Below are positions 13,036 to 24,238 of a DNA stretch of 48,922 bases, piece after piece; the first letter of the stretch is position 1; each line of letters opens with the position of its first letter. Made by a program: the position numbers and the translations under genes. The stretch is from contig NC_057718.1 in NCBI RefSeq assembly GCF_004010195.1, positions 36,641,809-36,690,730 of the forward strand. The letters are read 5' to 3'. The stretch comes from Chiloscyllium plagiosum. Its lineage: Eukaryota. The notes under the pieces are model-generated. The model was given only the letters and a program-made list of their open reading frames with translations, searched no databases and was not told the DNA's origin.

Positions 13036-13706
13036 AAGAATGAACAAAAAAAAATAGAAATTATTATTACAATCACAAAGAAGAATTCCACATAAGCACT
13101 GATATCTCACTTAGGAGTTACAAGTTTCCAAAAAGAAAATCCAATCAATATAACTGAAACAAAGTAGGCCAGTTTGAGTATAAATTTTTTTGATCCTTAC
13201 TGATCTGCACAATTCTAGTATTTTCTGTTTCTATTTTATAGTGCTTCTATCCCCTTGTTCTTCAGAACAAGGTCAGCAAATTTAAAGAATATGTAAATAC
13301 TGCAGTCACTTCAGAAGAGCTTAAACTGAAATTTTTACAGTGGAAAAAACCTAGCGTTTTCACACTTTAATCCGAGAGAAACCTTTGATTAAAGACTGAA
13401 CTAGGAAATTGTTTGAGGATTCAAACATCGGTGTCAAATTAATAACAATTTGTTGATAGAGTCTTCAAGTCACAAATATATGCAACCAAATTTATGCTGC
13501 AAACATCTTAAAGAACCCAAGACATCATACGAAGAAAAACTAATGTGCAGTGCTTTAAAAGAGTTTCAAGTTAACTTGTTTCTGACATTGCTAAGTTAAT
13601 ATATAATCAAAATTTTTGTTGGATATTCTTTAACCACAACTACAGCATGTCAAGTAAACAAATCAATAAATATTTTTGCATGGGTATTTACTACAATATA
13701 TCTCAC

Positions 13707-13889
13707 CTTTCCCAGGTGCCGTTTTCCTCATGGAGGCAGTCTGATCTTCAGATAGGGCTAAGCGTCTGAGTACATCAGCCAAGGCTGCTTTCAGCACTGT
13801 GATCTCATCCTCCTGCTGTTGGACCCTCAATTCAAGGGATGAAAGGCGGTCTTGGACATCTGATGTGCTTGCACCAGATATGCTATCAT
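13707..13889 (-). CDS. EML4: Internal coding exon (exon 2 equivalent) of echinoderm microtubule-associated protein-like 4; N-terminal coiled-coil trimerisation domain
   Basis: Minus strand reads polypyrimidine tract ttttctttctgtttag|ATGATAGC...GGGAAAG|gtgaga. 183 nt, phase 1-1. Translates (D)DSISGASTSDVQDRLSSLELRVQQQEDEITVLKAALADVLRRLALSEDQTASMRKTAPGK, close to recalled human EML4 DDSISAASTSDVQDRLSALESRVQQQEDEITVLKAALADVLRRLAISEDH and closer to it than to EML1/2/3. Confidence 0.93.
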
Positions 13890-14878
13890 CTAAACAGAAA
13901 GAAAAACAAAACTGAGCTAAAGGTATGATGAAAATTTACAGAAGTGAGCTGCAAAGAGTTATTTGGTATTGCTTTCAGAATTAATTTGCAAACTGCTCTC
14001 ATTTCAAATCAAAAATAGCTGTCAACCATTCTCTGGTTCATTTCTTCACCATACAGAGGCAACTTGCTTGGTTAAGAATTTAAAACAAAGCTCAGCAGTT
14101 CAATGTTAGACTCTTAACTAGTGCATATTCTACGGCGATGGTTAACCAATCATCACTGATAGAAGCAATCAGCTGTCTCCTCACATACAGTTATTTGCCT
14201 TTTATGTTAGCATTTCTTGAAAAGTGACCTGATGAATGCAGGACAAAAACCTTCAAGAATTATTTTTCCCAATAATACAAAATGTAAGGCACAAAAGGAT
14301 TTCAAAAATTAATATCTATTTTACACTGAGAAGTTAATAAGCTAGGTTTAACATTAGAGAAGAGGCTACAAAATGAGCCAATTGAAGTTTTGAAATGTTT
14401 GTAACTGAAGACAGACAATCTGGAAGAGGTCAAGAACTGGGAGATTCTGATCCAGGACACTGGCAGGCCATCGCGCACATTGGGTGGAGAAGCAGCAGGG
14501 ATATTCTCTACAGGAGGCCTGGCCAAATCTAATGTCCTTCATACAAACAATTAGTGATTGCTCAGCTTTTTATGCAATTGAGTTTCCCAATAATCAAAGT
14601 CCCACCAGCCAAAGGTCAGCAGGTTTGTGTCACCAGTCCCAGCAGAGTAGTGGCATTGAAAACATTCACTCAAGACCTAGAATCAATGTGGGATTGCACA
14701 TTAAAGGTGGGTGAGCATGAAGTGAGGGTCGCAGTGAGTTCATTATTTGCTCCCTTTTGACAACCAATTTAATGAAAAAAAAAGTTTGACTACAACTGTT
14801 CAAAGCTTATCAAAGTCAGGGCTTGCCATGATGAGATTCAAACCAATTTCACCAGAATATTAGCCTAGTATTCTAGAT

Positions 14879-14967
14879 GAAAATGTGTTGCTGGAAAAGC
14901 GCAGGTCAGGCAGCATCCAAGGAACAGGAGAATCGACGTTTCGGGATTAAGCCCTGCTTCAGGAATT
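14879..14967 (-). mobile_element. Half-palindrome hammerhead-bearing element (family A) with 14-bp TSD
   Basis: TSD ctagtattctagat at 14865-14878 and 14968-14981. Minus strand CTGAAGC-AGGGCTTAATCCC-GAAAC-GTC (one core substitution). Matches the left arm of 17257-17455. Confidence 0.85.
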
Positions 14968-15517
14968 CTAGTATTCTAGATAACTAGTTCAGTGATATCA
15001 CACCATTGCCTTCTTATACTTAAGAACTTTCCAATGATGATTTGTCAGTCTGTTCCTTATTTGGACTTCCTTACAGTTTACCTAATTGAAACATACTTTT
15101 TTTCCCAGTCTAGTATGCATCAACTCTTTGGATAATTTGCTTTGAAAAATGGACATCCCATTAAATTGTTCACTACCTCGAGGTACCTCATCCATGATGT
15201 TCAACAGATTACATCCTAGTCTCCGAGCAATTGTGGGATGAACACAAACTATTCCTGAAAATTTATTTGTAGGGTTCTGTTAGTCTATCCAGAACTTCTA
15301 TTTAATTTGCATGTAAGTAATTAATCTGGTTAGCTAACTCTAGGAAGCGCTCATTTTTCATGCATTCCTTGCTGTATACTTCAGAAATAAATATTGTGTG
15401 TATGTATTATTTTGCATTTGTCTCAATTAAGCCCATTTTCATATTTATGTTTCTAAATTCCTGCTTGATACAGACACTTTGGGATATTGTCTGTATCAAA
15501 ATGTTCAATATAATATA

Positions 15518-15717
15518 CAGATTGTTTTGTTACAATGCACGTTTTGTCAGCATGAATTGGCTATAACGTGATTGATGAATTGTGGATGTTGTTTGGATAA
15601 CGTGAACTTTCTAATGAACGTATATAGCGATTTTCTATTAGCAATCTTATACAGAGCAATTTTCTATCGTCGAGGTTACACAAGAACACAACCGTCGCCT
15701 AATAGCAGAACGACCTG
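15518..15717. mobile_element. Tc1/mariner (Tigger/pogo-like) MITE, about 200 bp
   Basis: TA|cagattgttttgtta ... tagcagaacgacctg|TA. TIRs differ mostly by transitions; TA target duplication. Confidence 0.7.
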
Positions 15718-17256
15718 TATTAACATAGAGGGAATATTTCAGAATATGGTACTGTACATATGGTTTTCAATAGATCTTAAAAAGCAAAAGAAGGAAAAGC
15801 AGGTTCCAGTTAAGGATATTTACTGCACTGAATTAAATTCCTACATTCCTCCTCCGAGCAGCTAAGTTAAAACACTTGAACCCAGACTGGCAGTTCTATA
15901 AAGAAAATTTCCACAAAAAGCAAAACAGTGGCATGCCAATTTCGAACTGGAGTAAAATTAGCCAACTATCCACTAAAATGCATTTTAAAGCAAAATGGTT
16001 CTATGAAAATACTAGACTTAAAACAAGATGAAGAGCTACAAGTGCTAAAATAATTTATTTTCGAAAAAAAGATTTTACTGCAGCAAAACTGATAGTAATT
16101 TCATATTTATTATAAATAGCTTTTATAAAAATAGGTTCCAGTTCCAAATACCTTAAATTCTATTTAGCCTGCAGAGGTTCAGAATGTTAAAATATAGACA
16201 TTTCAGAAATTTAATTTCCAAATCCTGGACAATTTAGTTTCAAGTATTAAGGCAAAGGGCCAATATATGAATGTCATCCAACATTCCAAAAGGCTAAAAT
16301 GTGTACTATATAGCATTCTAAGCTTTTTCTTGCTTCACAAACAGCTACTTCAAGACAAACCAATGACATATCTCAATCACCTTTTGAAGACATACGGGGT
16401 ATGACCAGAAGCTTATTTAAATAAAGCACGCTGTGTCTGCATAGTAAACACATTCTTCGCAAAGTTTTACTTTGTGAAGATTAAGAAGAGCCCTCTGTGC
16501 TTTATATTTATTCCCATGAAACAATTTGTATTTTAAAACATTTCTAAATACAAAATTCCAAACCCTTCTAGCCTTCCATGATTTAAGATATTAAGAAATC
16601 TGCAAGTTTGCAACTCTTTCTATTCCCCAGCCACACATACACCCCAAGCATCAATTTCCTTACCTTCAGGATGTTTTTAGGCTTAAAGCTTTGGAAGACT
16701 CTCCCCATCTCTCTCTTACTACTTTATTCAACCTACACTATATTCAAGTTCTTCATCATTCATCCTAATATTGCCTTTGAATTAAGATTTTTTATCCTCA
16801 TTATGCACAGAAAGCACGTTCTTACTTGTATCCAGCCAATCGCAAACCTTTCTTTCTCAATGCTACCCCACCTTCCCCCCACATTTGTATTTGCTTAAAA
16901 GCATATCCCTAACTTCTCCCAGTCTTGAAAAAAGGTCAGCTATGTATACCCCATAGGTGCTGCCACAGCTGAATTCTTTCAGCATTTTGTGTTTTTAATT
17001 CAGATAAAAGGCATCTGCAGGATTTTGCTTTTGCATAATCGAAAACTGCAAGCACAGATGCAGATCAAACTGTGATTGAATGGAACATTTCCTATCTTGC
17101 TGGCAGGGGTTGGGATATGTGGAATGGGCTGCTTGATAACTGGACAAACAGATGGTGCTAAGCCAAATGCTGAGATGAAAATAGGACAAGTGGGCAATAA
17201 ATCAAGGCAGCATTGTTTGGCAGACTTTAAAAGTTTGACAGGGTAAATGTAACACC

Positions 17257-17455
17257 TTTGAGGAGAAAGTGAGGTCTGCAGATGCTGGAGATCAGAGCTG
17301 AAAATGTGTTGCTGGAACAGCGCAGCAGGTCAGGCAGCATCCAAGGAACAGGAGAAACAACGTTTCGGGCAGAAGGGCTTATGCCCGAAACGTCGATTCT
17401 CCTGTTCCCTGGATGCCTGACCTGCTGCGCTGTTCCAGCAACACATTTTCAGCTC
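17257..17455. mobile_element. Palindromic hammerhead-derived element (family A) with 13-bp TSD
   Basis: TSD taaatgtaacacc at 17244-17256 and 17456-17468. About 75-bp arms spanning 17294-17456. Retains AGA-AGGGCTTATGCCC-GAAAC-GTC, with the centre (CTGA) deleted. Confidence 0.88.
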
Positions 17456-17744
17456 TAAATGTAACACCCACCAAACAGCAAGGACCAGCCAATGAACAAT
17501 TACATTGTGGTTAACTTGGGGCAGGCAGGGATCAAGCATTCCTTGTAAACTAGAATGCTGTATACAAAAATGAGGAAAGTTAGATCAACTTGAATGTGGT
17601 AGGAGGAAGTTGTGGGAGAGGACGGGCTCACAACATCAGAAGGTTAGCACCAAAACTGGACTACTGCTTTAGAAAAACAAGGTTATAGTTAATTAGGTCA
17701 AGAGGGGCAAGGGCCATTAAACAGCTGTTTTTCTCCTGTAACTT

Positions 17745-17995
17745 AAGCAAATGTGAGGTTATCCATTTTGGACTGAAAAAGGGTAGTTCAGGGCTCTTTC
17801 CAGATGTCATGAAGTGAAATACAGTGGATGTTCAAAGAGACTTGGTGCATAGGTTTTTCTAATGTCACAAATACGTGCAGAAAATAATCAAGAAAGCTAA
17901 TGGAATGCTGGACTTTGAATCTAGAGGACTGAAGTACAAGGATGCAGACATTATCCTGCAGTTATATAAAACCCTAGTTAGACTCTATTTGGAAT
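17745..17995 (+). mobile_element. Old CR1 ORF2 fragment
   Basis: IKKANGMLDF..RGLKYK..ILQLYKTLVR. Confidence 0.75.
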
Positions 17996-19610
17996 TGAAG
18001 GTTTGTGTAAAGATTTGTAGCTTGGTTGCTGGTTGTCACGGTTGTGGGTTTGTTCGACGAGCTGGGAAATTGATTTACAGACGTTTTGTCCCCTGCCGAG
18101 GTGACATCTTCAGTGCTTTGGAGCCTCCTGTGAAGCGCTGCTGTACTCTCTCTTCTGCAATTTATTTGGTTCGGTTTCTGCTGGTTCCAGTTGCTCATCA
18201 TAGTGGCCAGTATATTGGGTCTAAGTCCATGGCTGATTGCCATGTTTCTAGAAATTCTCTGGCAGTCCTATGTTTAGCTTGTCCTATGATCGTTGTGTTG
18301 TCCCAGTCAAAATTTGTGTGTATAGCTACTAGGGACAGATGGTCATGGCCTTCAATGGCTGGTTGATATTCCTGGATGCAGATTGCTAGTTGTCTGCCTG
18401 TTTGCCCAATATAGTGTTTTGTGCAGCCTTTACATGGAATCGTGTAAATTATATTATTCTTGCACATGTTGGATATAAGGTCTTTTGTTCTGGTGAGTTG
18501 TTGTCTGAGCGTGGCTGTTGGTTTATGGGCTGTCACGAATCCCAGTGGGGCGGAGAAGTCTGGCTATCAATTCAGAGATGTCTTTTTTATGCAAGGTAGC
18601 ATGGCTAGTGGCATGTCCTTGTTGCATGGTTTGTCTGTTAGGCATCTACGGATGAAGTTGCATGGATATCAGTTCTTGGTGAATACTCTGTAAGATGTTC
18701 TTCTTCCCTTCATAGGTCAGGAGTCCTACAGTGTGTTGCAGCCCTTTTGAACAGGATCCTAATGCAGCTTCTCTTGGGTGTGTCGGGGTGGTTGCTGTTG
18801 GAATTCAGGACCTGGTCTGTGTGTGTGGCTTTCCTGTACACTTTTTTAGTGCATTCACTGTTCTGTGTTCTTTGTACCATCACAGCCAGGAATGGGAGCT
18901 GATTGTAGATTAGATTAGATTCCCTACAGTGTGGAAACAGGCCCTTCAGCCCAACCAGTCCACACCGACCCTCCGAAGAGTAACACACCCAGACCCATTT
19001 CCCTCTGACTAATGCACCTATCGTTATGGGCAATTTAGCATGGCCAATTCACCTGACCTGCACATCTTTGGACTGTGGGAGGAAACTGGAGCACCCGGAG
19101 GAAACCCACACAGACACGGAGAAAATGTGCAAATTCCACACAGGCAGTCGCCAGAGGCTGAAATTGAACCTGGGACCCTGGTGCTGTGAGGCAGCAGTGC
19201 TAACCACTGAGCCACCCTCCTCTAGGTTTCCTCCTCTTTTGTACATCTGATCCCAGAAAGTTTGGTTTTGATAATCCAGTATGTATTCTCAAATTCTGTT
19301 CTCTTAAATTACACTTTTGTTATCATTATGTATTTGACTCAGAGTTAGGGTTCGAGTTGTGGTAGGGGTGTTTGTCCCAGTCTTTGCATCACTGCTTCTG
19401 CTATGACCCAGAGGTGGTTGAGCTCATAGACATTTCATTGATCTGTTCATATATTTGGTTGCTGAATGTGAAGTGTGTCGTCAAACAGAGATCTAGTAGT
19501 TTGAGTTTGCAGTCCTTGTTGATAGGTTCCCTGTCATGTTGTGTTCTGTCTGTCCAGGAGGTTGGCTATTGTTTCTCTATCTAGAGTTTTGTCAATTGAA
19601 GTGATTATCT
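17996..19610 (-). mobile_element. Penelope-like element (RT thumb + GIY-YIG + pLTR), decayed, split by an HE1 SINE
   Basis: IIYTIPCKGCTKHYIGQTGRQL (GIY-YIG); LPFL...VYRKATHTDQVLN..SNHP (PLE RT C-terminus). pLTR hammerhead remnant at 18080-18113, CTGAAGA..GAC-AAAAC-GTC. Confidence 0.9.
18906..19220 (-). mobile_element. HE1 SINE, young, nearly full length
   Basis: ggtggctcagtggttagcactgctgcctcacagc head with A/B boxes, V-domain, tail gggcctgtttccacactgtaggg-(aatct)n. Confidence 0.93.
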
Positions 19611-22600
19611 TTTCTTTCAATAAACTTTGCAGACAATGAAGTAAGATGTTACAATGTAAAGATGGTAACAGCTGAACTGTTTTATACTTTAAAAACTAAT
19701 TTAATGTCTTTTTTGAAAAACCATTTTGATATATTTGACTTTCTACAAGTATAACATTGTAATTTTCAGTAATAATTATTATTGTTGTCATGTTTAATTG
19801 CAAGTTTATGAGCATCAGAAATTGCTGTCTGTTGTAGTTGAATAACGCCAGTGGATGTAGACAGTTTTGCCACTTTTCCAATGTGAAATCTGGAACAGAG
19901 ATTGCAGATAACAGCAAAGCTTACCATTGCACTGTAAATTTGCTCCTGAGCTGACGCACATTATGGTTTAAGAAGCTACGCAAACTACAGAGTCAAGTTT
20001 CTATCTTGGGTATAATTTGGAATGTGGATCTAAATTATGTTGGAAATTGTGTTGATTGAATTTTGGTTTTGTGTTATCACAATCACAAATCTTCCATGAT
20101 CGCTGTCAATTACTTGCAAATAGAAAGATTCCAGTCCATATTTGTCCTCATAAGAAAGGAAGTTCAGTTTGAAGACTATCCTCAAGCATGGGCAATCAAC
20201 AGATACATACCAGCTTATTATCTGAGGAGGAGATAAATCTTGTGGGCTGGGCCAACTTTATCACTTCTACATTTCACCTCCTAGTGAGGCTGTGCAAACT
20301 CCAACTCTGCTTGTTGGAACTTGTCTTTCCGTTTCCACAGCCTCCCATAGGATACTCTAATCAAACTATTAAAACCCCCAAGTCCTAATTGTAATTGCTG
20401 AGAACATTCGAGGAAGGAACCTACTATACGATTTCTTTCCTTTTTCAATTCAGTGCATCAGCATTCCAAAGATGTTCTATATACTGAGCACTCCTAATCC
20501 TCATGGCATTTGTTCACTGATCTAAACTGGTTTCTGATCTGGAAATGCTACAATTTATTAACTCTATCATCCTTCTTTTCTAATTCTGCCAAAACCTCTC
20601 TTTTTAGCTTTCTCACATCCTGCAAACTTCTGAGACCACAACTCTTCTCCAATTTCAACCTTTTACATTTTTCTGATTTACAGGCCTGCTGTTAACTACT
20701 GTTTAAGTCCTAAAGTCCTAAATTCTTTCCCAAAGACTCCACCTTTCTATTTCTCTATCCTTAATCAAACATTTGGTCATCTTTCCCATGTACCCAACTA
20801 TATCATTTTGGCAAATTTATTTTGATAAGGCTGTTAACTCATATATTGTAATATGTCACTTAATTGATGATGGTATTGATGTTGGAGGTGATCAAAAATG
20901 AGATTTACTTGTTGATGTAAGTCTTCTGAAGCCTTCATGTTCCATTGTGCTTTTAGATATGTGTATTTTCCCGTAGCATGTAAATGTATAAACATTCACT
21001 TAAATTTCCTGCAGTTTTTTTAGATGCTTCTATTATTACAGTGTACTAGAAAACACAATGTTGAAAACAGTATTTACAGACCATAAATTATTAGCTAATA
21101 TGCTTTTGAGCCAGGGCTTTAGGGTGAATAATAGTCAAAAGGTGTGTTTACTCATTCTCCTGTCAATATTACACTGTCAAACAACAGCTGTATTCTTGGC
21201 ACCTGGGTGTACCCACTAATAATCAGATCCCAGGTGAGGACCCCCCAAGTTATTACAACTCCAAATGGGATACCGAAGTCGTCAGGCTCCAGGGTGAGGA
21301 GGGATGAGCTGAATATTGACAGGAGAATGAGTAAATAAATCTTTTCACTATTACTCACTAGCTCTCTTGGATGATTGCAGCAAAGTTAATTTACAAAGGA
21401 TTCTGTCCCCTTGGATACCTTTCTCCCAGTCCAAATGAATTTAAAAGAAGCCAATTTAATCAGATTTTGAGTTTACAAAAGAGAGAGATTATTAGTTATT
21501 AAAGTTGAGAAGAAATAATAATGCAACATACACAGATTATAAATGAAAATTTGTCAAAAATGTTATTGATATATCAGATCAGTGTATATGAATCATTCAC
21601 AAAAAGTGGACAGTTGGACCTTTTCATGCATAACAACCATTCTAGATCAGATGAAATGTCAATTTTTGTTTTAAATGTATAATTTCTATACTGCATTTTG
21701 TTTAGATCATTAACAAAGGACGTGATTTTCTTTGATAGTTACTCTTATGTGGCACTGTTTTATAACGTTTTAAAATGAAAAATAACTCCACTTTTAATAC
21801 ATAAAACACTAAAATGTTATGTGTATGTGATGTGATGGAAACTGGTTTTGAGTGTTTCAATCACGGCTATTAGATATAATTATTGGAAACAAAGGCAAAC
21901 TTAAAACAGTGAATTGCCTGGATGTGTTCCCAGAGACCATCAGGATGAAGAGATCTTTCTGTAATAAAGCTATAGCTGAGGATTAACTGAAATATGTTCA
22001 ACGCTTTGGGAAAAAAATGAAACGTGATTACATAAACAAATTCTTTTTCCTACACTTGTATATTTTTGAACAGTGATTTTGTGAAAATAGAGAGTTGACC
22101 ATAATCTGTGACTGGTGTACAGCTGTGTAAATAAAACCTAGCCTGGCAAAGTACATTCCCTTTCATATCCGGATGAAGCGGTCAATTATAATCCAAAGCA
22201 TGGATGTTTTCCAGAAGTTTATGTATGCTGCGTCTTACTTTCAATGTGAAATTGCAGTTCAGTAGGGATGAAGTGGCAAATCAGATTTTCAAATGGCATG
22301 GATTTGTAATCTTTTATTTTGACAAATTAATGTTCAGGTTTTTAAATGCATACGAGTTGTTCAGTAGGGGAAGGACTGCACTCCTGATGTACATTACCAT
22401 AATAGAAAAGATAAGTTCACTGTGCATCAATAGCAATATGTGAGTAGGTGCACATGCCAAAATAAAGTTTGATCATAAGCTTCTTATGCTCTTGTCATTA
22501 TCTGTTTAGTTACGAAACTAAATAAAAACTAACCAAAGTAATAAGTGTCCAAAGGAACCAATGGATGACGTTGGCCTCAGTATCTTGATGCCCAACTATG

Positions 22601-23444
22601 GAAGACATTTTGTGTCTGTCAAGGGCCAAAATATTGCACTTGGTCTTAGAAAAACATACTGCTGTGTCAAAGAGGTATCATATCATAGAATTATCCCCAT
22701 GTTCCATCTCCTTCTGTTAAGAGAGATAATTGTTCATCATGATTCTTCCAAATGTTATTTATTGCTTTGCTCCTTATAGATTTTGATCATAAAGTAGGTG
22801 CCAAGGTCATATTGAGGCCTCCTGGCCAGTACTTAAACCTTATAAGCCTATAAGTTAAAATACAGCTGCTGAAATAACTTACCAATTAACTCCCATTCGC
22901 TAATTTTTGTTTTGATGGCACATGCACATGGTGCTACGTGAACAATCATGAGCTATCTTACAATAGCTTACATGAAATATGGCTCTATTGTTGGAGCCTA
23001 AGACTGTAATACCTTTCCAACTAACCCCAGGTAACAGTTACAATCCACTAATCAATACTCTTGGTGGTCATATGTTTTCCCGTGTTTTACCCTGTGAATT
23101 CCGAAGCATCATAGAGAATTATCAAGCTCAGCTTAATATTTTCAACAAAACAACACTGCTGTAAAATGTGAATGGCATATTCATATCATGTTAAGAAACT
23201 GAATCCCTTTCACCTACGGTGCCCAAGATGACTCATCAAAAATGAAGACACCAACTTTTTAAAAGATAAAAAATCTGACCACACAAGCACAGGTGTGTTG
23301 ATCAAAATAGCTTGGCTACGTTTGTAAACTCGTATGGTGCTAATGAATGAATTGCAAAGATTTTTTGTGGCACAGTGACAACTGAGAAGAAATGTATTTG
23401 TTGTCAGCAAAGACTGCTTAAAGAGGAGTCGGATGTTTATAAGT

Positions 23445-23625
23445 GGAAGCAAAAGGCGTTTGGCACACTTGCCTTCATTGGTCAGTGCATTGAGTATAGG
23501 AGGGGGGTGTCACGTGTGGCTGTACAGAATATTGAGGAGACCAATTTAGGGATACTGCACCCAATTCTGGAATCTTTGCTACTGGAAAGATATTGTTAAA
23601 CTTGAGAGGGTTCAGAAATATTTAC
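23445..23625 (+). mobile_element. CR1 ORF2 fragment
   Basis: KAFGTLAFIGQCIEYR. Confidence 0.75.
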
Positions 23626-24173
23626 ACTTGGCGCTGTATCAAGTGGTTCTGCAAGCTTTAACTCTCTTAAAAAGGTACAGTACACCTTCATAACAAACTA
23701 TTGGAATGTATCTAATATCCACCTTAAATTGAGCTATTTGAAAGAAATGTTAGTTGAATAGACAATCAGAAAGGAAGTCACAAGTGACAACATTCCGCTG
23801 GCTCATGTTATAGACCAGAGCAAACCCCTTCAAAATATAAAAGATGCTAGTCTAGAACCTAACTTTTTCTTACTCTAAAGGCAAGTGCCAGGCATTGTGC
23901 TCCAGAAATAATTTGATTGGTTAAACTACCAGTCTTGAAGCAAAACACACTGTAGTTAAAATGCAACAAAAAGAAATGTAACAACTTATTGGAAAACCTA
24001 ACAGAATAATAGATTATTTAACCATTAAACAGTAACTGCTCCAAAGGCAAATTCAGTAAAATAGAATTGCCTGAAAGACATTCTATCAGCTGGAAGAGAA
24101 GCCCAGCTTTTAACTGTGACAGAGAAAGGAATAAGAGCTTCCACATCCAGCCTCAAGACATCATCAATTGCTA

Positions 24174-24232
24174 CTGAAGCTAGTGCTTCCAAATAAACCT
24201 GTTGGGAGTATAACCTGGTGTTGTGTGATTTT
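24174..24232 (+). mobile_element. Truncated copy of hammerhead-associated short element (family B)
   Basis: agctagtgcttccaaataaacctgttgg..tataacctggtgttgtgtgatttt, shared with the copies at 36036 and 44390. Confidence 0.75.
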
Positions 24233-24238
24233 TCGCAT

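Noticed and set aside
1..13706. Search for EML4 exon 3 here (and for the canonical MDGFAGSL exon 1 upstream)
   Set aside because: No matching sequence seen; both probably lie outside the window.
18906..19220. tRNA-like sequences at HE1 heads as tRNA genes
   Set aside because: They continue into SINE body and LINE-derived tail; not standalone tRNAs.
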